A stretch of 64,000 nucleotides of DNA. Source: an uncultured Pseudomonadales bacterium. Its GTDB lineage: Bacteria > Patescibacteriota > Microgenomatia > UBA1400 > PJMF01. The notes under the pieces were generated by a model. The model saw only the letters and a program-made list of their open reading frames with translations. It searched no databases and had not been told where the DNA came from. The DNA lies in the NCBI GenBank assembly GCA_964633875.1, contig CAZWKL010000003.1:7849-71848 (forward strand), read 5' to 3'. Below are positions 18,916 through 29,305 of the stretch, in pieces (position 1 is the first letter of the stretch; each line of letters starts with the position of its first letter). Made by a program: the position numbers and the translations under genes.

Positions 18916-19983
18916 TTAAGAATGTCGCAGTTTTTGTCTTTTCAAAACATACCGCGTTGCTGGTCCCTGACCTTGGGTAGTTAAGATGTTTTTTTCAACA
19001 AGCTCCATTAAGCGGCGTTGAACAGTCCGTTTAGGCAATGACAAAATGGCCACTGCTTCTTGAATAGTTATTTCACCAAATTGATATACAAAATCAAGCA
19101 GCGCTAACTCATCCGAGTCCAATCGAATGGGTTTATTATTATCGCCAATAACTTTGCCAACTTTGATGTATTGACTCAGGTTGGTAGCAACCTCTAGAAA
19201 TCCTTTAGCAAAAAATTCTAAAAACGGAGTTAAATCTGCCGACATGCGCTCATCAAATGTTTTTCCTTGACTTAAAGCCTGGTAATACTCAAGCCGGTGT
19301 TGTAAGTAAAAGGAATCAAGTGATAAGGAACCACGAAAATCATAGCCTGATGTTTTTAGATAATAAGATGTTAAGAGCCGAGTAGTTCTGCCATTGCCAT
19401 CAGAAAAAGGGTGAATCGAAACGAAAATATAGTGAATTAGTCCAACCAATAACACGGGGTGAAAGGAAGAGTTTTCCTGAGAAGATGCCCACTTCAGGAA
19501 GCTGTCAACAAGCTTGGGAACTCGTTGCGCTTCTGGACCTGTAAATTGAATAATTTCTTTGCCGTCAACTTCATTAACCACAAATACATCACCAGGACGC
19601 CAGTGACCGGACTTTTCTTTAGAAAGCAGTTTATCTGTAACAATGCGATGCAGCTCTAAAATATCTTTGGTTGTGAGCTGATTTTTTTGATCTGCTTTTT
19701 TGTTAATCCAATCAAGCGCGCGCTTATAGTTGAGTATTTCGACAATAGCATAATCTGAGGCAGTAATCGCTTTTCCTTGCAATACCTTTTGAACTTGGGC
19801 TTCACTCAGAGGATTACCTTCGATTGAAGTTGAACTGTGAACGGCTTCAACCGTAGCTCGAAATCGCAACTGAACCTCTAATTCGGGCAAAATAATGGCT
19901 CGATCAACAATGGTTTTCAGTCTCTCAATCTCGGCTATTTGACTATTGAGCTCTGGAGTGATGGTAAAAATGGGTTTAAACAT
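18916..19983 (-). CDS. Fic/Doc-family protein with C-terminal winged HTH
   Basis: Fic motif HPFSDGNGRTTR; C-terminal ...ITIQEAVAILSLPKRTVQRRLMELVEKNIL HTH. Confidence 0.8.
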   Translation of the reverse strand: MFKPIFTITPELNSQIAEIERLKTIVDRAIILPELEVQLRFRATVEAVHSSTSIEGNPLSEAQVQKVLQGKAITASDYAIVEILNYKRALDWINKKADQKNQLTTKDILELHRIVTDKLLSKEKSGHWRPGDVFVVNEVDGKEIIQFTGPEAQRVPKLVDSFLKWASSQENSSFHPVLLVGLIHYIFVSIHPFSDGNGRTTRLLTSYYLKTSGYDFRGSLSLDSFYLQHRLEYYQALSQGKTFDERMSADLTPFLEFFAKGFLEVATNLSQYIKVGKVIGDNNKPIRLDSDELALLDFVYQFGEITIQEAVAILSLPKRTVQRRLMELVEKNILTTQGQGPATRYVLKRQKLRHS

Positions 19984-20074
19984 ACGTTAAGTATACCACA
20001 TATCGTGCCAAAATCGTGCCACAAATCGCGCCAAGGCAAAGTACAATCTTTTGGTGTTGTAAAATTGAAACAAC

Positions 20075-20359
20075 TTAGAAAATTCCTAAGTCTTCACCTA
20101 TCGTCAAAGCCCCAATCATAACGATATCTTCAAATGTTGAATCATCTTCTGCTTGATAGCCGCCAGCCTCTAAGATCTCGGCTACTAGGTCAGCTTCAGT
20201 CAACTCTGGTTGGTCAGCATTCTTTTCTAGGTAAGCTGAGAAAAAGACTACAAACTCTACTCCTGTAGTAGATTCAACGGCTTCTTTTATGGCAGCTATC
20301 AGTTCAACACCTGATTCTTTATCTTCGTTGGGCATTTTTGATTGTTCGTTTCCTGTCAA
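20075..20359 (-). CDS. small acidic hypothetical protein
   Basis: 94 aa, strongly acidic, no motif. Sits immediately downstream of the OLD-family gene. Confidence 0.3.
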   Translation of the reverse strand: MTGNEQSKMPNEDKESGVELIAAIKEAVESTTGVEFVVFFSAYLEKNADQPELTEADLVAEILEAGGYQAEDDSTFEDIVMIGALTIGEDLGIF

Positions 20360-20563
20360 GTGTCAAGCAATGGGTCCGTCACCAAGTAATACAAAGGATC
20401 AGTTTGATGAGGTAATTACTCGGTGTGTTAGTCGTATTCTAGCAGTATTTGATGACAGTGTGCAGTTTGGATTAGTACGGCTAAGATTGAATGAGATAGC
20501 CCAAATCTCAGCTAGTGGTATTTGAAACTGCTTCCAATGCTTCCATGCTTACAACTAGAACTA

Positions 20564-22576
20564 TTAATACTGCAGTTCAGAAAACTTAGTTTCAAATTCC
20601 TTACGGATTTTTTCAAAATTCTTGATTGTAGTATCTGAAAGGCTCATGCTCCCTGACTTAGCATTTTTCAAGAAGGTCTTGCCCATTAAAACCTTGTCCT
20701 TTTTAATTTTTTTAATGTATTCGGAGTTTGAACTTGTGTAAGTGACGCCCTCGTCCTCCAAAACATATTTTTTGAAATCTTCTGGTGAAAATAAATCTTC
20801 TATTGTTTTGCCATTTTCATCCGCAACCTTTACGACCTTTTCTTTTATTAGCCAAATCTTTTTTAAGTTTTTCTCTGACTCTGAAAATCCGCTATCGTTG
20901 TCGTATAGATAAAGAACTTTACAACCCCAGCCATGTAGTATGGTGCCTACAAATGGCATGTTAGGTCCACCCCCACCAAAAATAAAGTTAAGATCGCTAG
21001 TGTCTGTCAATTGCTTTAATCCATTGAGGTAATAAACATCCGACTGACCCTCGCAGACAATGTTTTTTTCTTTATCTAAATTCACTACTCCTGAAACTAA
21101 TTCAAGTCCAATTGCTGTTAGTATTGGGCGAAGGGTTTCCTTGTCCGATACCTTATGTATCTTCTGTTCTACAATTGTTCCGATGTTGTAACTGCTGGTT
21201 GCAAGAGATTTCCTTAGTTTATTTAGATCTTCCTCCTCCAATTTTTCAGGGTCAACATGAATCGAATAGTATTTTTCCTTGGTCTTTGAATGAGATTTTT
21301 CAGTATAAAACTTTGTTAGCTCAGAAATTTTTGTGGGGTCAATTTGATCTGACTCAATTGTCCTAGGAATCTTTCCTCTGAACACTAAGCGAATGCGTTC
21401 AAATTCGTTTGGATCAAGCAAATATGGTGAATGTGTTGTGAATAATACAGTTCGTTTTTTAGCTACTTCTGCTAACTTTTTCAAAATATCTCGTTGGGCT
21501 GATGCATGCAGAAATAAGCCAGGTTCATCTATAAGTAATACATTGTTTTTCTTATCTTGGGTTCTTGCTGTAACTCTAATATAAAAGGCTAAATGCCAGC
21601 GTTTGCCTTGACTTCTAATATCGGGGGGATAGTACGCGCCATCTTCTTTAATATGAAACGACAACACATTGGAGTCCCAGCTAAAGTGAAGGTTTGTAAA
21701 GTCTTGAGACCAAAATTTTTGATAATCTTCTTTAACCCTGATGTTTAGTTGTTCCTTATGCTCTTCTTTTTCATATGCTTGCCCGTTTTTTATGATTGCT
21801 AAATCAAGACCACTTATAGAAACAAGGTCTTTCATTATTGGTGTTGTTTCAATTTCTTCAATTGGTATTTCAGTGGGAAATTTTTCCTCGAATGAGTTGA
21901 ACAGAATAAAGTTAGGAATTAAATCTTGGAGTGCTTCTAAAAGCTTCACTTGAACATCAGATAGTGACTGCAACTTTGCAACTCCAACTTTTGCTTTTTG
22001 AACAAGACCGAGCACGAGCTGCTTTTCTTTATCTACCAACTCAGTGCTAGCTTGCAATAGAGGCTCTAATGTTCCCAGTTGGTTTAATAATTCCGCATAT
22101 GCAGTAATACCCTCAGGAGTAAGTTTTTTTAGGTCTGGATATTTTTCGAGTCTGGTATTTAACTCTTTTACTGCTTCACTTATTGTAACGAGATTGTCAT
22201 CATTGGCGGTTCCAAAAAAAGTGTGAAATGTATCCTCTGGCAGTAAGTACTTATTCGGAAAATCTTTAATAATTGTTACCTGTTTTTCGTTTTCAGAATT
22301 TACAATTTCTACACTCAGTTTTTTTGCTAGTGCCTGTAACTCTGTTGAATCTAATTTGAAGGTTAAAATTATTTTTGGTAGTTTATCTTTTCTATGAAGA
22401 TGCTTGGCTGTGGGACGAATATCTGAACCAGCGTTGAAGTCTTCCAAGGCTTCAAGTAAAGCTGTTTTTCCAGCCTCATTCTTCCCTGCAAAAATTGTAA
22501 TGCCTTGCTCAAGATAACAGTCACCTGAATCAATTATTGATTTATAGTTATGTACCCGAAGTTTTACAATTTGCAT
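20564..22576 (-). CDS. OLD-family (overcoming lysogenization defect)/PARIS-like ABC-ATPase-Toprim nuclease
   Basis: N-terminal RVHNYKSI...FAGKNEAGKTALLEAL (Walker A), then a long coiled-coil insertion, then LLIDEPGLFLH (Walker B), and a C-terminal Toprim (IVCEGQSD...LYDNDSG). Confidence 0.7.
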   Translation of the reverse strand: MQIVKLRVHNYKSIIDSGDCYLEQGITIFAGKNEAGKTALLEALEDFNAGSDIRPTAKHLHRKDKLPKIILTFKLDSTELQALAKKLSVEIVNSENEKQVTIIKDFPNKYLLPEDTFHTFFGTANDDNLVTISEAVKELNTRLEKYPDLKKLTPEGITAYAELLNQLGTLEPLLQASTELVDKEKQLVLGLVQKAKVGVAKLQSLSDVQVKLLEALQDLIPNFILFNSFEEKFPTEIPIEEIETTPIMKDLVSISGLDLAIIKNGQAYEKEEHKEQLNIRVKEDYQKFWSQDFTNLHFSWDSNVLSFHIKEDGAYYPPDIRSQGKRWHLAFYIRVTARTQDKKNNVLLIDEPGLFLHASAQRDILKKLAEVAKKRTVLFTTHSPYLLDPNEFERIRLVFRGKIPRTIESDQIDPTKISELTKFYTEKSHSKTKEKYYSIHVDPEKLEEEDLNKLRKSLATSSYNIGTIVEQKIHKVSDKETLRPILTAIGLELVSGVVNLDKEKNIVCEGQSDVYYLNGLKQLTDTSDLNFIFGGGGPNMPFVGTILHGWGCKVLYLYDNDSGFSESEKNLKKIWLIKEKVVKVADENGKTIEDLFSPEDFKKYVLEDEGVTYTSSNSEYIKKIKKDKVLMGKTFLKNAKSGSMSLSDTTIKNFEKIRKEFETKFSELQY

Positions 22577-22729
22577 AATGTCAATCTAGATCTAAATATG
22601 CCTAAATTATACAGTAATTTCACTTCTTTTCTTACACAAATGTAGACATGGAAGCATAGAAAGCATAAATTGGTACTTCTTAGTCCAAAACCAAGTTTTC
22701 AGGTCGATACAATTAGTCTGTGAGTATGT

Positions 22730-22960
22730 TTAGGGGAGATCAATGCAACTGTCCAAGCAGTTGGCGTTACACTTGTTGAGTCTTTTGGCTGTTTTGAGTA
22801 GTCCTACTTTTAACCCGTACTTTTCAATTACCTGAATACTGTAGTCTGAGCAGGTTGGATAAAATCTGCAATGTAGCCACCGACTCAAAATTGGAGAAAG
22901 AAATCGTTGGTAGGTACTTAAACAAAAAACTGCCAATTGTTGAAATAGATTAAACCTCAT
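22730..22960 (-). CDS. yidD: membrane protein insertion efficiency factor YidD
   Basis: YQRFLSPILSRWLHCRFYPTCSDYSIQVIEKYGLKVGLLKTAKRLNKCN matches the YidD signature (CRF.PTCS.Y...KC.P). Start taken at the internal MRFNL Met. Confidence 0.7.
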   Translation of the reverse strand: MRFNLFQQLAVFCLSTYQRFLSPILSRWLHCRFYPTCSDYSIQVIEKYGLKVGLLKTAKRLNKCNANCLDSCIDLP

Positions 22961-23432
22961 GAGTGACTTGTTCTGTTTTAACTGCCTTAGAACCACACTT
23001 CGGACATTTACTAAAATCGGTTATTTTTTTGTCACTGAGAAATATAGCCGGCCAGCACCCAGTGCAACACATCATCGACTTGCTCACATTGTGCATAGCG
23101 TTGGATGCATTTTCCCATTTCTCCTCTTTGCCATAGTGCCAAATGTTTCCACATGATTGGCATGTGCCTCGGTTTTCTGTGATTTTTTTAGGTGCGTTCT
23201 TCCGAGCTAAAAACTCTTGTTTCTTTTTTTCTAACTCATCTTTATTCTTTTGGTTCAATTGTTTCCATGATTCTTCTCTTTTTGCAAAATTTTTTTCAAG
23301 CTCCACCCTGACTAGATTAGAGTGACATTTTGTGCAAATTTTATGACCCTCAAACTTTTTAAGGCTGGTAAATAGGAAGCTTAGTTTTTTTCCACAAATG
23401 TGGCAGTGTGTTTGTTTCATGATTATTTCCAT
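22950..23432 (-). CDS. hypothetical multi-CxxC zinc-ribbon protein
   Basis: Four or five CxxC pairs (CHICGKK, CTKCHS, CQSCGN, CPKCGS); lysine-rich middle section. Confidence 0.4.
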   Translation of the reverse strand: MEIIMKQTHCHICGKKLSFLFTSLKKFEGHKICTKCHSNLVRVELEKNFAKREESWKQLNQKNKDELEKKKQEFLARKNAPKKITENRGTCQSCGNIWHYGKEEKWENASNAMHNVSKSMMCCTGCWPAIFLSDKKITDFSKCPKCGSKAVKTEQVTHEV

Positions 23433-23535
23433 TTCTGTATCTGGCGACTGTCAGTATATATTATATATTCTTTTGCTAATAAATCTATACCAGTGGTAAG
23501 TCGACCCCTAGACGCTTTCACATCAAACTATAGGT

Positions 23536-23757
23536 GTGGCAAAAGCACCAAAAATCTACCAGCAAATTGCAGAGAATATCCAAAGAATCAGGAAGCAACG
23601 CGGATTGACCCAAGAAAAGCTCGCACTAAAAGCCGAGTTGAACCGTGCGTACACGGGCTACATCGAGAGAGGTGAGCGAAAACCAAGCGTTGAAACACTC
23701 CAAAAGATCGCAAAAGCACTTCAAGTTAAGATTCACGAGTTGTTTCTTTTTGACTAA
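23536..23757 (+). CDS. XRE-family HTH transcriptional regulator (possible R-M controller)
   Basis: IRKQRGLTQEKLALKAELNRAYTGYIERGERKPSVETLQKIAKAL is a canonical HTH_XRE. Located just upstream of the restriction subunit. Confidence 0.7.
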   Translation: MAKAPKIYQQIAENIQRIRKQRGLTQEKLALKAELNRAYTGYIERGERKPSVETLQKIAKALQVKIHELFLFD

Positions 23758-23840
23758 CTTTCCATTTCTTTGCTATTAAGCTGTCCATATCCTGTCTAGC
23801 AGTATATAATTTTGGTATATCGAAATGGAAATAAAAAATT

Positions 23841-26204
23841 ATGTTGGATCAAAAAGAAGCTAGTGCAAGATTAAAAATCAACAAACTACTTGAGCAGTCT
23901 GGATGGAAGCTCCTTGACGATGATTTGGGTCAAGCCAATGTCACTGTCGAAAACCACCTTGTTGTAGATACCGACCAATCCACCAGCACACTTGGAGATG
24001 ACTTTGAGCGAATAAGCGGTGGCTTTGTAGACTATGTGTTATATGGTCAGAATCGTAAACCTTTAGCCGTACTTGAAGCTAAACGAAGTAAAATCCACCC
24101 ACTAGATGCCAAAGAGCAAGCCCGTGATTACGCCCTCAATCTTGGCGTTAAATGGGTTCTACTTTCAAATGGCGATACTCACTATCAGTGGAATGTAGAA
24201 GAAGGCAACCCAGAAGAAGTTCAACATTTTCCTACCCCAGAGTCACTCGAAACAAATACCAGTGCCAGCAAAGACACTAACGCTTTAGTCAATGAAATCG
24301 TTGGAGATGACTATGTTGCCCTAACTCAAAACCCAACTTACAAAGATGATCCTCGTTGGCAGTCCGAAGAAGGTCGTCAACAAATGCTTGAAGTTGATCG
24401 GCTTCGCTTCTTGCGTAAGTACCAAATTGAAGCGATTCAGTCTATTCAGCAAGCAGTAGCAAAGGGCAAAAAAAGATTTTTGTTTGAGATGGCTACTGGC
24501 ACAGGTAAGACCCTAACCAGTGCTGCGATTATTAAACTTTTCATTAAGACCCAAAATGCTACTAGAGTTCTCTTTTTAGTTGATCGGTTAGAACTAGAAA
24601 CGCAGACCTTCAAAAACTTCCGTGATTACTTAAAGCCAGACATCACGACTTATATCTTCAAAGAACACAAAGACGACTGGCACAGAGCCGAGGTGGTAGT
24701 GACTACCATCCAAAGCATCATGCACGACAACAAGTTTGAGCATATTTTTAACCCCAATGATTTTGACTTAATTATTTCAGACGAAGCACATCGGGCGATT
24801 GCCGGTCAGGGTGCAAGTAGAAATGTGTTTGACTACTTCTCAGGATTCAAACTCGGATTAACTGCCACACCAAAAGACTATCTAAAGAATCTAGCAACAG
24901 ACAAACTCGCCGAATCAGACCCACGCGAATATGAACGACGAGTCCAGTTCTCTACTTATCAAACTTTTGGTTGTGAAAGTGGCGAGCCTACATTTCGCTA
25001 TAGTCTGCTAGATGGTGTTAAAGATGGTTATTTAATTAACCCCTATGTTTTGGATTGTCGCACCAGAGTGACCACGCAACTACTTTCTGAGGAAGGATAC
25101 GCAGTAGCCAAGAATGAGGATGATGAGGGCGATGAGGAAGCAGTCTACAAAGCCAATGACTTTGAAAAGAAATTCTTTAGTCCAGAAACCAATCGCAAGT
25201 TTGTAGAGCTATTTATGGACAAAGCCCTGCGTGATCCAATTAGTGGCGAAATTGGTAAGACAATTATTTTCTGTGTCAGTCAAAGCCATGCTAGAAAAAT
25301 TACCGAACTTCTCAATGAGTATGCACACGAGTTATATCCACATATGTACGATTCCGACTTTGCCATGCAGATCACTTCCAATGTGCGTGACGCTCAAACC
25401 TCAACCATTAAGTTTGCCAACAACAATTTGCGAGGTAACTCACGAGTGATTGAGGGTTACAAAACCAGTAAGACTAGAGTTTGTGTGACAGTTGGCATGA
25501 TGACTACTGGCTATGACTGCCCTGACTTACTCAACATTTGTTTAATGCGACCAATCTTCTCCCCTCAGGACTTCGTACAGATCAAAGGTAGAGGCACCAG
25601 AAAACACACCTTTAATTATTCTCAACGATTAGAGGGCGAGCAAGTATCTAAGACCGTCAAAAAAGAACTATTTTACTTATTTGACTACTTCGCTAACTGC
25701 GATTATTTTGAGCATGACTACCCATACGATGAGATACCTGATTTACCAGTGGATAAACCACAGCCAGCCACTATTAGTGGACCCGGCGGAATTATCATTG
25801 ATTTCCCACCGCCAGATGAAACAGGACACACTCGCAGGGCTGGAGATCAGATTCAGACAGTCGCAGAAAAACAGATCGGTTATGAGGGTATGCCAATAGA
25901 CACCAAACTCTACGGCGTACTAAGAGATATGGCGAACACTTCTCAGGCTCAACGAGAAGAAAAACAACAACAAGCCCAAACTGGTTGGCAGGACTTTACT
26001 AAACAATTTGAAGTGCCGTATGAAAATATGGAGGATGTTCGATCGCTCTATATTTTGGCTTCGATGAATGAGGAATTAGCCAAGGACTTGAATGTGAGGG
26101 AGTTGGGTAAATATACTAATAATCCAGAGATGCTTGATCTTTTGCATCGCGTTGGAAAGTACTGGATTGAGTGCATTGCAAAGCATCTCCATTCTACAAA
26201 ATAG
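23841..26204 (+). CDS. type I-like restriction endonuclease subunit (HsdR-like: N-terminal PD-(D/E)xK nuclease plus SF2 helicase), compact at 787 aa
   Basis: N-terminal KINKLLEQSGWK...DYVLYG...VLEAKRS (HsdR_N nuclease). Helicase motifs MATGTGKT, DEAH (ISDEAHR), TATP (GLTATPKD) and QIKGRGTR. Confidence 0.75.
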   Translation: MLDQKEASARLKINKLLEQSGWKLLDDDLGQANVTVENHLVVDTDQSTSTLGDDFERISGGFVDYVLYGQNRKPLAVLEAKRSKIHPLDAKEQARDYALNLGVKWVLLSNGDTHYQWNVEEGNPEEVQHFPTPESLETNTSASKDTNALVNEIVGDDYVALTQNPTYKDDPRWQSEEGRQQMLEVDRLRFLRKYQIEAIQSIQQAVAKGKKRFLFEMATGTGKTLTSAAIIKLFIKTQNATRVLFLVDRLELETQTFKNFRDYLKPDITTYIFKEHKDDWHRAEVVVTTIQSIMHDNKFEHIFNPNDFDLIISDEAHRAIAGQGASRNVFDYFSGFKLGLTATPKDYLKNLATDKLAESDPREYERRVQFSTYQTFGCESGEPTFRYSLLDGVKDGYLINPYVLDCRTRVTTQLLSEEGYAVAKNEDDEGDEEAVYKANDFEKKFFSPETNRKFVELFMDKALRDPISGEIGKTIIFCVSQSHARKITELLNEYAHELYPHMYDSDFAMQITSNVRDAQTSTIKFANNNLRGNSRVIEGYKTSKTRVCVTVGMMTTGYDCPDLLNICLMRPIFSPQDFVQIKGRGTRKHTFNYSQRLEGEQVSKTVKKELFYLFDYFANCDYFEHDYPYDEIPDLPVDKPQPATISGPGGIIIDFPPPDETGHTRRAGDQIQTVAEKQIGYEGMPIDTKLYGVLRDMANTSQAQREEKQQQAQTGWQDFTKQFEVPYENMEDVRSLYILASMNEELAKDLNVRELGKYTNNPEMLDLLHRVGKYWIECIAKHLHSTK

Positions 26205-26216
26205 GAAGTAAACAAC

Positions 26217-28673
26217 ATGTTAAGTTCTGCAACAAAAAAGAAAATAGATACAGCTCGTGATATTTTGGTGGGTAAAATCCCCATGCCTACCTCACAGGTT
26301 GAACAAATCACGCTTGCCTTAATTTACAAGTTCATGTCTGACATGGACAAGAAAACTAAGGACTTGGGTGACACCAGTGGCTTCTTTGCCAATGGCTACG
26401 AAAAGTACGCTTGGGATAATTTAATGGACAAGGCTTTACCTGCTAGAGATCGTGTTCTGCTCTATCGTGATGCCCTCGAAAAAATGGCACTTAATCCTCA
26501 CATTCCCCAGTTGTTCCGTGATATTTTCCGTAATGCTTCCTTGCCATTCAATGACCCAGAAACACTTAAATTATTCTTAGATGTAATCGACCAATTTGAG
26601 TACGACCATAGTGAAGAGTTGGGAAATGCTTTTGAGTATCTTCTGCAAGTCATGGGTAGTCAGGGAGATGCAGGACAATTCCGCACACCTCGCCACATCA
26701 TCGACTTTATTGTTGAAGTCGTAGACCCTCAAAAAACCGATACTGTACTAGACCCTGCTTGTGGTACTGCCGGATTTTTAATTTCTGCTTACAAACATTT
26801 GAGAAAAAATGGGCTTACTAATGATGACATGGATCAGATTTCTAAGAATTTTGTAGGGTATGACATTTCACAGGACATGCAACGCTTGTCACTGGTTAAT
26901 ATGTATCTCCATCGCTTTCCAGACCCACACATTTACGAATATGATTCTCTGTCGAGTGAAGACCGATGGAATGATGACTTTGATGTGATCTTAGCTAACC
27001 CACCATTCATGACTCCAAAGGGAGGTATACGACCTCATAATCGTTTCTCAGTGCCATCTAACCGAGCAGAGGTCTTGTTTGTCGACTACATCATGGAACA
27101 TCTGACCATCAATGGTAAGGCGGGTGTGATTGTGCCTGAGGGTATTATTTTTCAAAGTCAAAATGCCTACAAAGCATTGCGCAAAATGATGGTGGACAAT
27201 GATTACTTGTGGGCGGTGGTATCGTTGCCATCAGGGATTTTTCAGCCATATAGTGGAGTTAAAACAAGTGTACTTTTGTTCGACCGACAGTTAGCAAAAA
27301 AGACCAACAAGATTCTATTTGTAAAAGTTGAGAACGATGGGTTTGATTTAGGGGCACAGCGAAGAGCTTCAAAAAATGATGATTTGCCTGAGGCTATTAC
27401 TGTACTTAAAAAATACAAACAACGACTCATGGATGGTAAAGAAATTGACATTGAAGAGTCACGCACAGTTCAGTTGGTTGAAAAAGAATTAATTCGAGAA
27501 AATGGATACAACCTGAGTGAAAATGGATATAAAACCTCAATAAAAAAGAACTCTAGCTTTGAAGTTGTAAAACTTGGAGAAGTTGCAGAAATCATTTCTG
27601 GTCAGTCGCCTGATAGTGAATTCTACAACGATGCCTCCGAGGGTTTGCCTTTTTATCAGGGTAAAACTGAGTTCACAAATATGTATATTGATAAACCAAA
27701 AAGCTGGACTACTCAAGTAACTAAAGAAGCTGTTGCTGGCGATATTTTGATGTCAGTTCGAGCACCTGTTGGAACAGTTAATATATCTAATCAAAAGATT
27801 TGCATCGGTCGAGGTTTAGCTGCTATCAGGGTAAGCGATAAACTTAACAACATGTTTTTATTTTACCTTTTGAAAGCGAATGAAAAATACATTTCAAGTT
27901 TGGGAACAGGGAGTACATTCAAGTCGATAAATCGGAACCAAATTAGTGAGCTAGAAATTCCTTTACCACCACTATCAGTCCAGCAAGAAATTGTTGAAGA
28001 ATTAGACAGATACCAAAGAATAATTGACGGTGCAAAACAGGTAGTAGACAACTACCAGCCAAGTTTCAAAATTGAGGATGATTGGGAGTGGGTGGATGTT
28101 GGGGATGTATGCACAATTCGAGGAGGTTACGCGTTTAAGAGTGATGACTTTGTTTCAGATGGTGTTCAGTTGATTAGGATGGGAAATGTTAAACAGAGCT
28201 TTTTTGATAAAGATAATAAACAGGCATATTTACCAGAATCATATGTAGAAAAATATCCCGATTATGTACTTTCTCAGGGCGATATTCTTATTTCAATGAC
28301 TGGTACAGTTGGCAAAGATGACTATGGCAATGTCTGCCGAGTGGATGAGGATAAAAAATACCTGTTAAACCAACGAGTTGCCAAACTTGAGCCTAATAGC
28401 TCAAAAATTGACCCAGATTACTTTTACTTTTGTACAATATCAAGCTTTTTCAAAAAGGGAGTGTTAGCAAATAGTTCAGGCGGAGTAAGACAAGCCAATG
28501 TAAGTGCGTCAGGTATATCTAAAGTTAAAATTCCATTGCCACCCCTTTCAGTTCAAAAAGAAATTGCCAACAGACTTACTAGTGAGAGTAAGATTGTTCA
28601 GTCAAATACACTTTTGATTAAAAACTTTGAGACAGCGATCAAGTCGAAAGTTGATGGTATTTGGGGAAAATAA
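26217..28673 (+). CDS. fused N6-adenine DNA methyltransferase (HsdM-like) and specificity subunit (two HsdS-like target-recognition domains)
   Basis: FRTPRHI, DPACGTAGFL (motif I) and NPPF (motif IV) in the N-terminal about 450 aa. The C-terminal about 370 aa has two repeated TRD-like segments, each ending in an IPLPPLSVQ(Q/K)EI conserved helix. Confidence 0.8.
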   Translation: MLSSATKKKIDTARDILVGKIPMPTSQVEQITLALIYKFMSDMDKKTKDLGDTSGFFANGYEKYAWDNLMDKALPARDRVLLYRDALEKMALNPHIPQLFRDIFRNASLPFNDPETLKLFLDVIDQFEYDHSEELGNAFEYLLQVMGSQGDAGQFRTPRHIIDFIVEVVDPQKTDTVLDPACGTAGFLISAYKHLRKNGLTNDDMDQISKNFVGYDISQDMQRLSLVNMYLHRFPDPHIYEYDSLSSEDRWNDDFDVILANPPFMTPKGGIRPHNRFSVPSNRAEVLFVDYIMEHLTINGKAGVIVPEGIIFQSQNAYKALRKMMVDNDYLWAVVSLPSGIFQPYSGVKTSVLLFDRQLAKKTNKILFVKVENDGFDLGAQRRASKNDDLPEAITVLKKYKQRLMDGKEIDIEESRTVQLVEKELIRENGYNLSENGYKTSIKKNSSFEVVKLGEVAEIISGQSPDSEFYNDASEGLPFYQGKTEFTNMYIDKPKSWTTQVTKEAVAGDILMSVRAPVGTVNISNQKICIGRGLAAIRVSDKLNNMFLFYLLKANEKYISSLGTGSTFKSINRNQISELEIPLPPLSVQQEIVEELDRYQRIIDGAKQVVDNYQPSFKIEDDWEWVDVGDVCTIRGGYAFKSDDFVSDGVQLIRMGNVKQSFFDKDNKQAYLPESYVEKYPDYVLSQGDILISMTGTVGKDDYGNVCRVDEDKKYLLNQRVAKLEPNSSKIDPDYFYFCTISSFFKKGVLANSSGGVRQANVSASGISKVKIPLPPLSVQKEIANRLTSESKIVQSNTLLIKNFETAIKSKVDGIWGK

Positions 28674-28675
28674 AC

Positions 28676-29305
28676 ATGTCTGACCCTGCAACACTAGGTA
28701 TACAGGCCATAAAAGAAGCGAAAAATCGATATCTCAAAGGCGAAGAGCCATATATCTCCATTAGTGTTCCAAGTCTCTATAGTCAAGGGTTCTACCCAGA
28801 GTTCGATCTTATCAAGGAATATGAAAAAGAAGTAGATATTACGATTGTCTTCCCTCACTATGCTGAGGCAGATGAGCGGGAGGTTTATAAATCACTTGCT
28901 CTTGAGCTTTCAAAAAAACACAAGATATTACTGCATGAAGCATCTATTGAAGCTGGTGGAGGTGCTGACACTGACACAGTCCAACAGGCTGTTTTTGTTT
29001 ATCAGCAATTTCAACCAGTTTTTGCGATTATTGGCGAACTAGCTGTTGGAATTGTTTCCGCATATATTTATGACATTCTAAAGAAGCTTTATATTAACCC
29101 AAACAACTCAGTTGTAAAAAATCAGTACACTATAGTCAGGTCTGCAAATGGTATTACATATCACTATGTGTTTGATAACTTAACTGCTGATGAAGCAATA
29201 ACAGCGGGAAAACTAATACCAAATCAAGAGCTGAAAAAAGTTGAATCCTATCACGATATTTATCTGCATTACGACTTGAAAAAAAATAGTTGGGTAGAAT
29301 TTTAG
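28676..29305 (+). CDS. hypothetical protein directly coupled to the M-S gene
   Basis: ATG overlaps the end of the M-S ORF; 209 aa; no motif recognised. Confidence 0.4.
   Translation: MSDPATLGIQAIKEAKNRYLKGEEPYISISVPSLYSQGFYPEFDLIKEYEKEVDITIVFPHYAEADEREVYKSLALELSKKHKILLHEASIEAGGGADTDTVQQAVFVYQQFQPVFAIIGELAVGIVSAYIYDILKKLYINPNNSVVKNQYTIVRSANGITYHYVFDNLTADEAITAGKLIPNQELKKVESYHDIYLHYDLKKNSWVEF

Noticed and set aside
22730-22996. YidD as part of the defence island
   Set aside because: Clear YidD signature marks it as a core membrane-biogenesis gene; the island is probably composite or simply flanks it.
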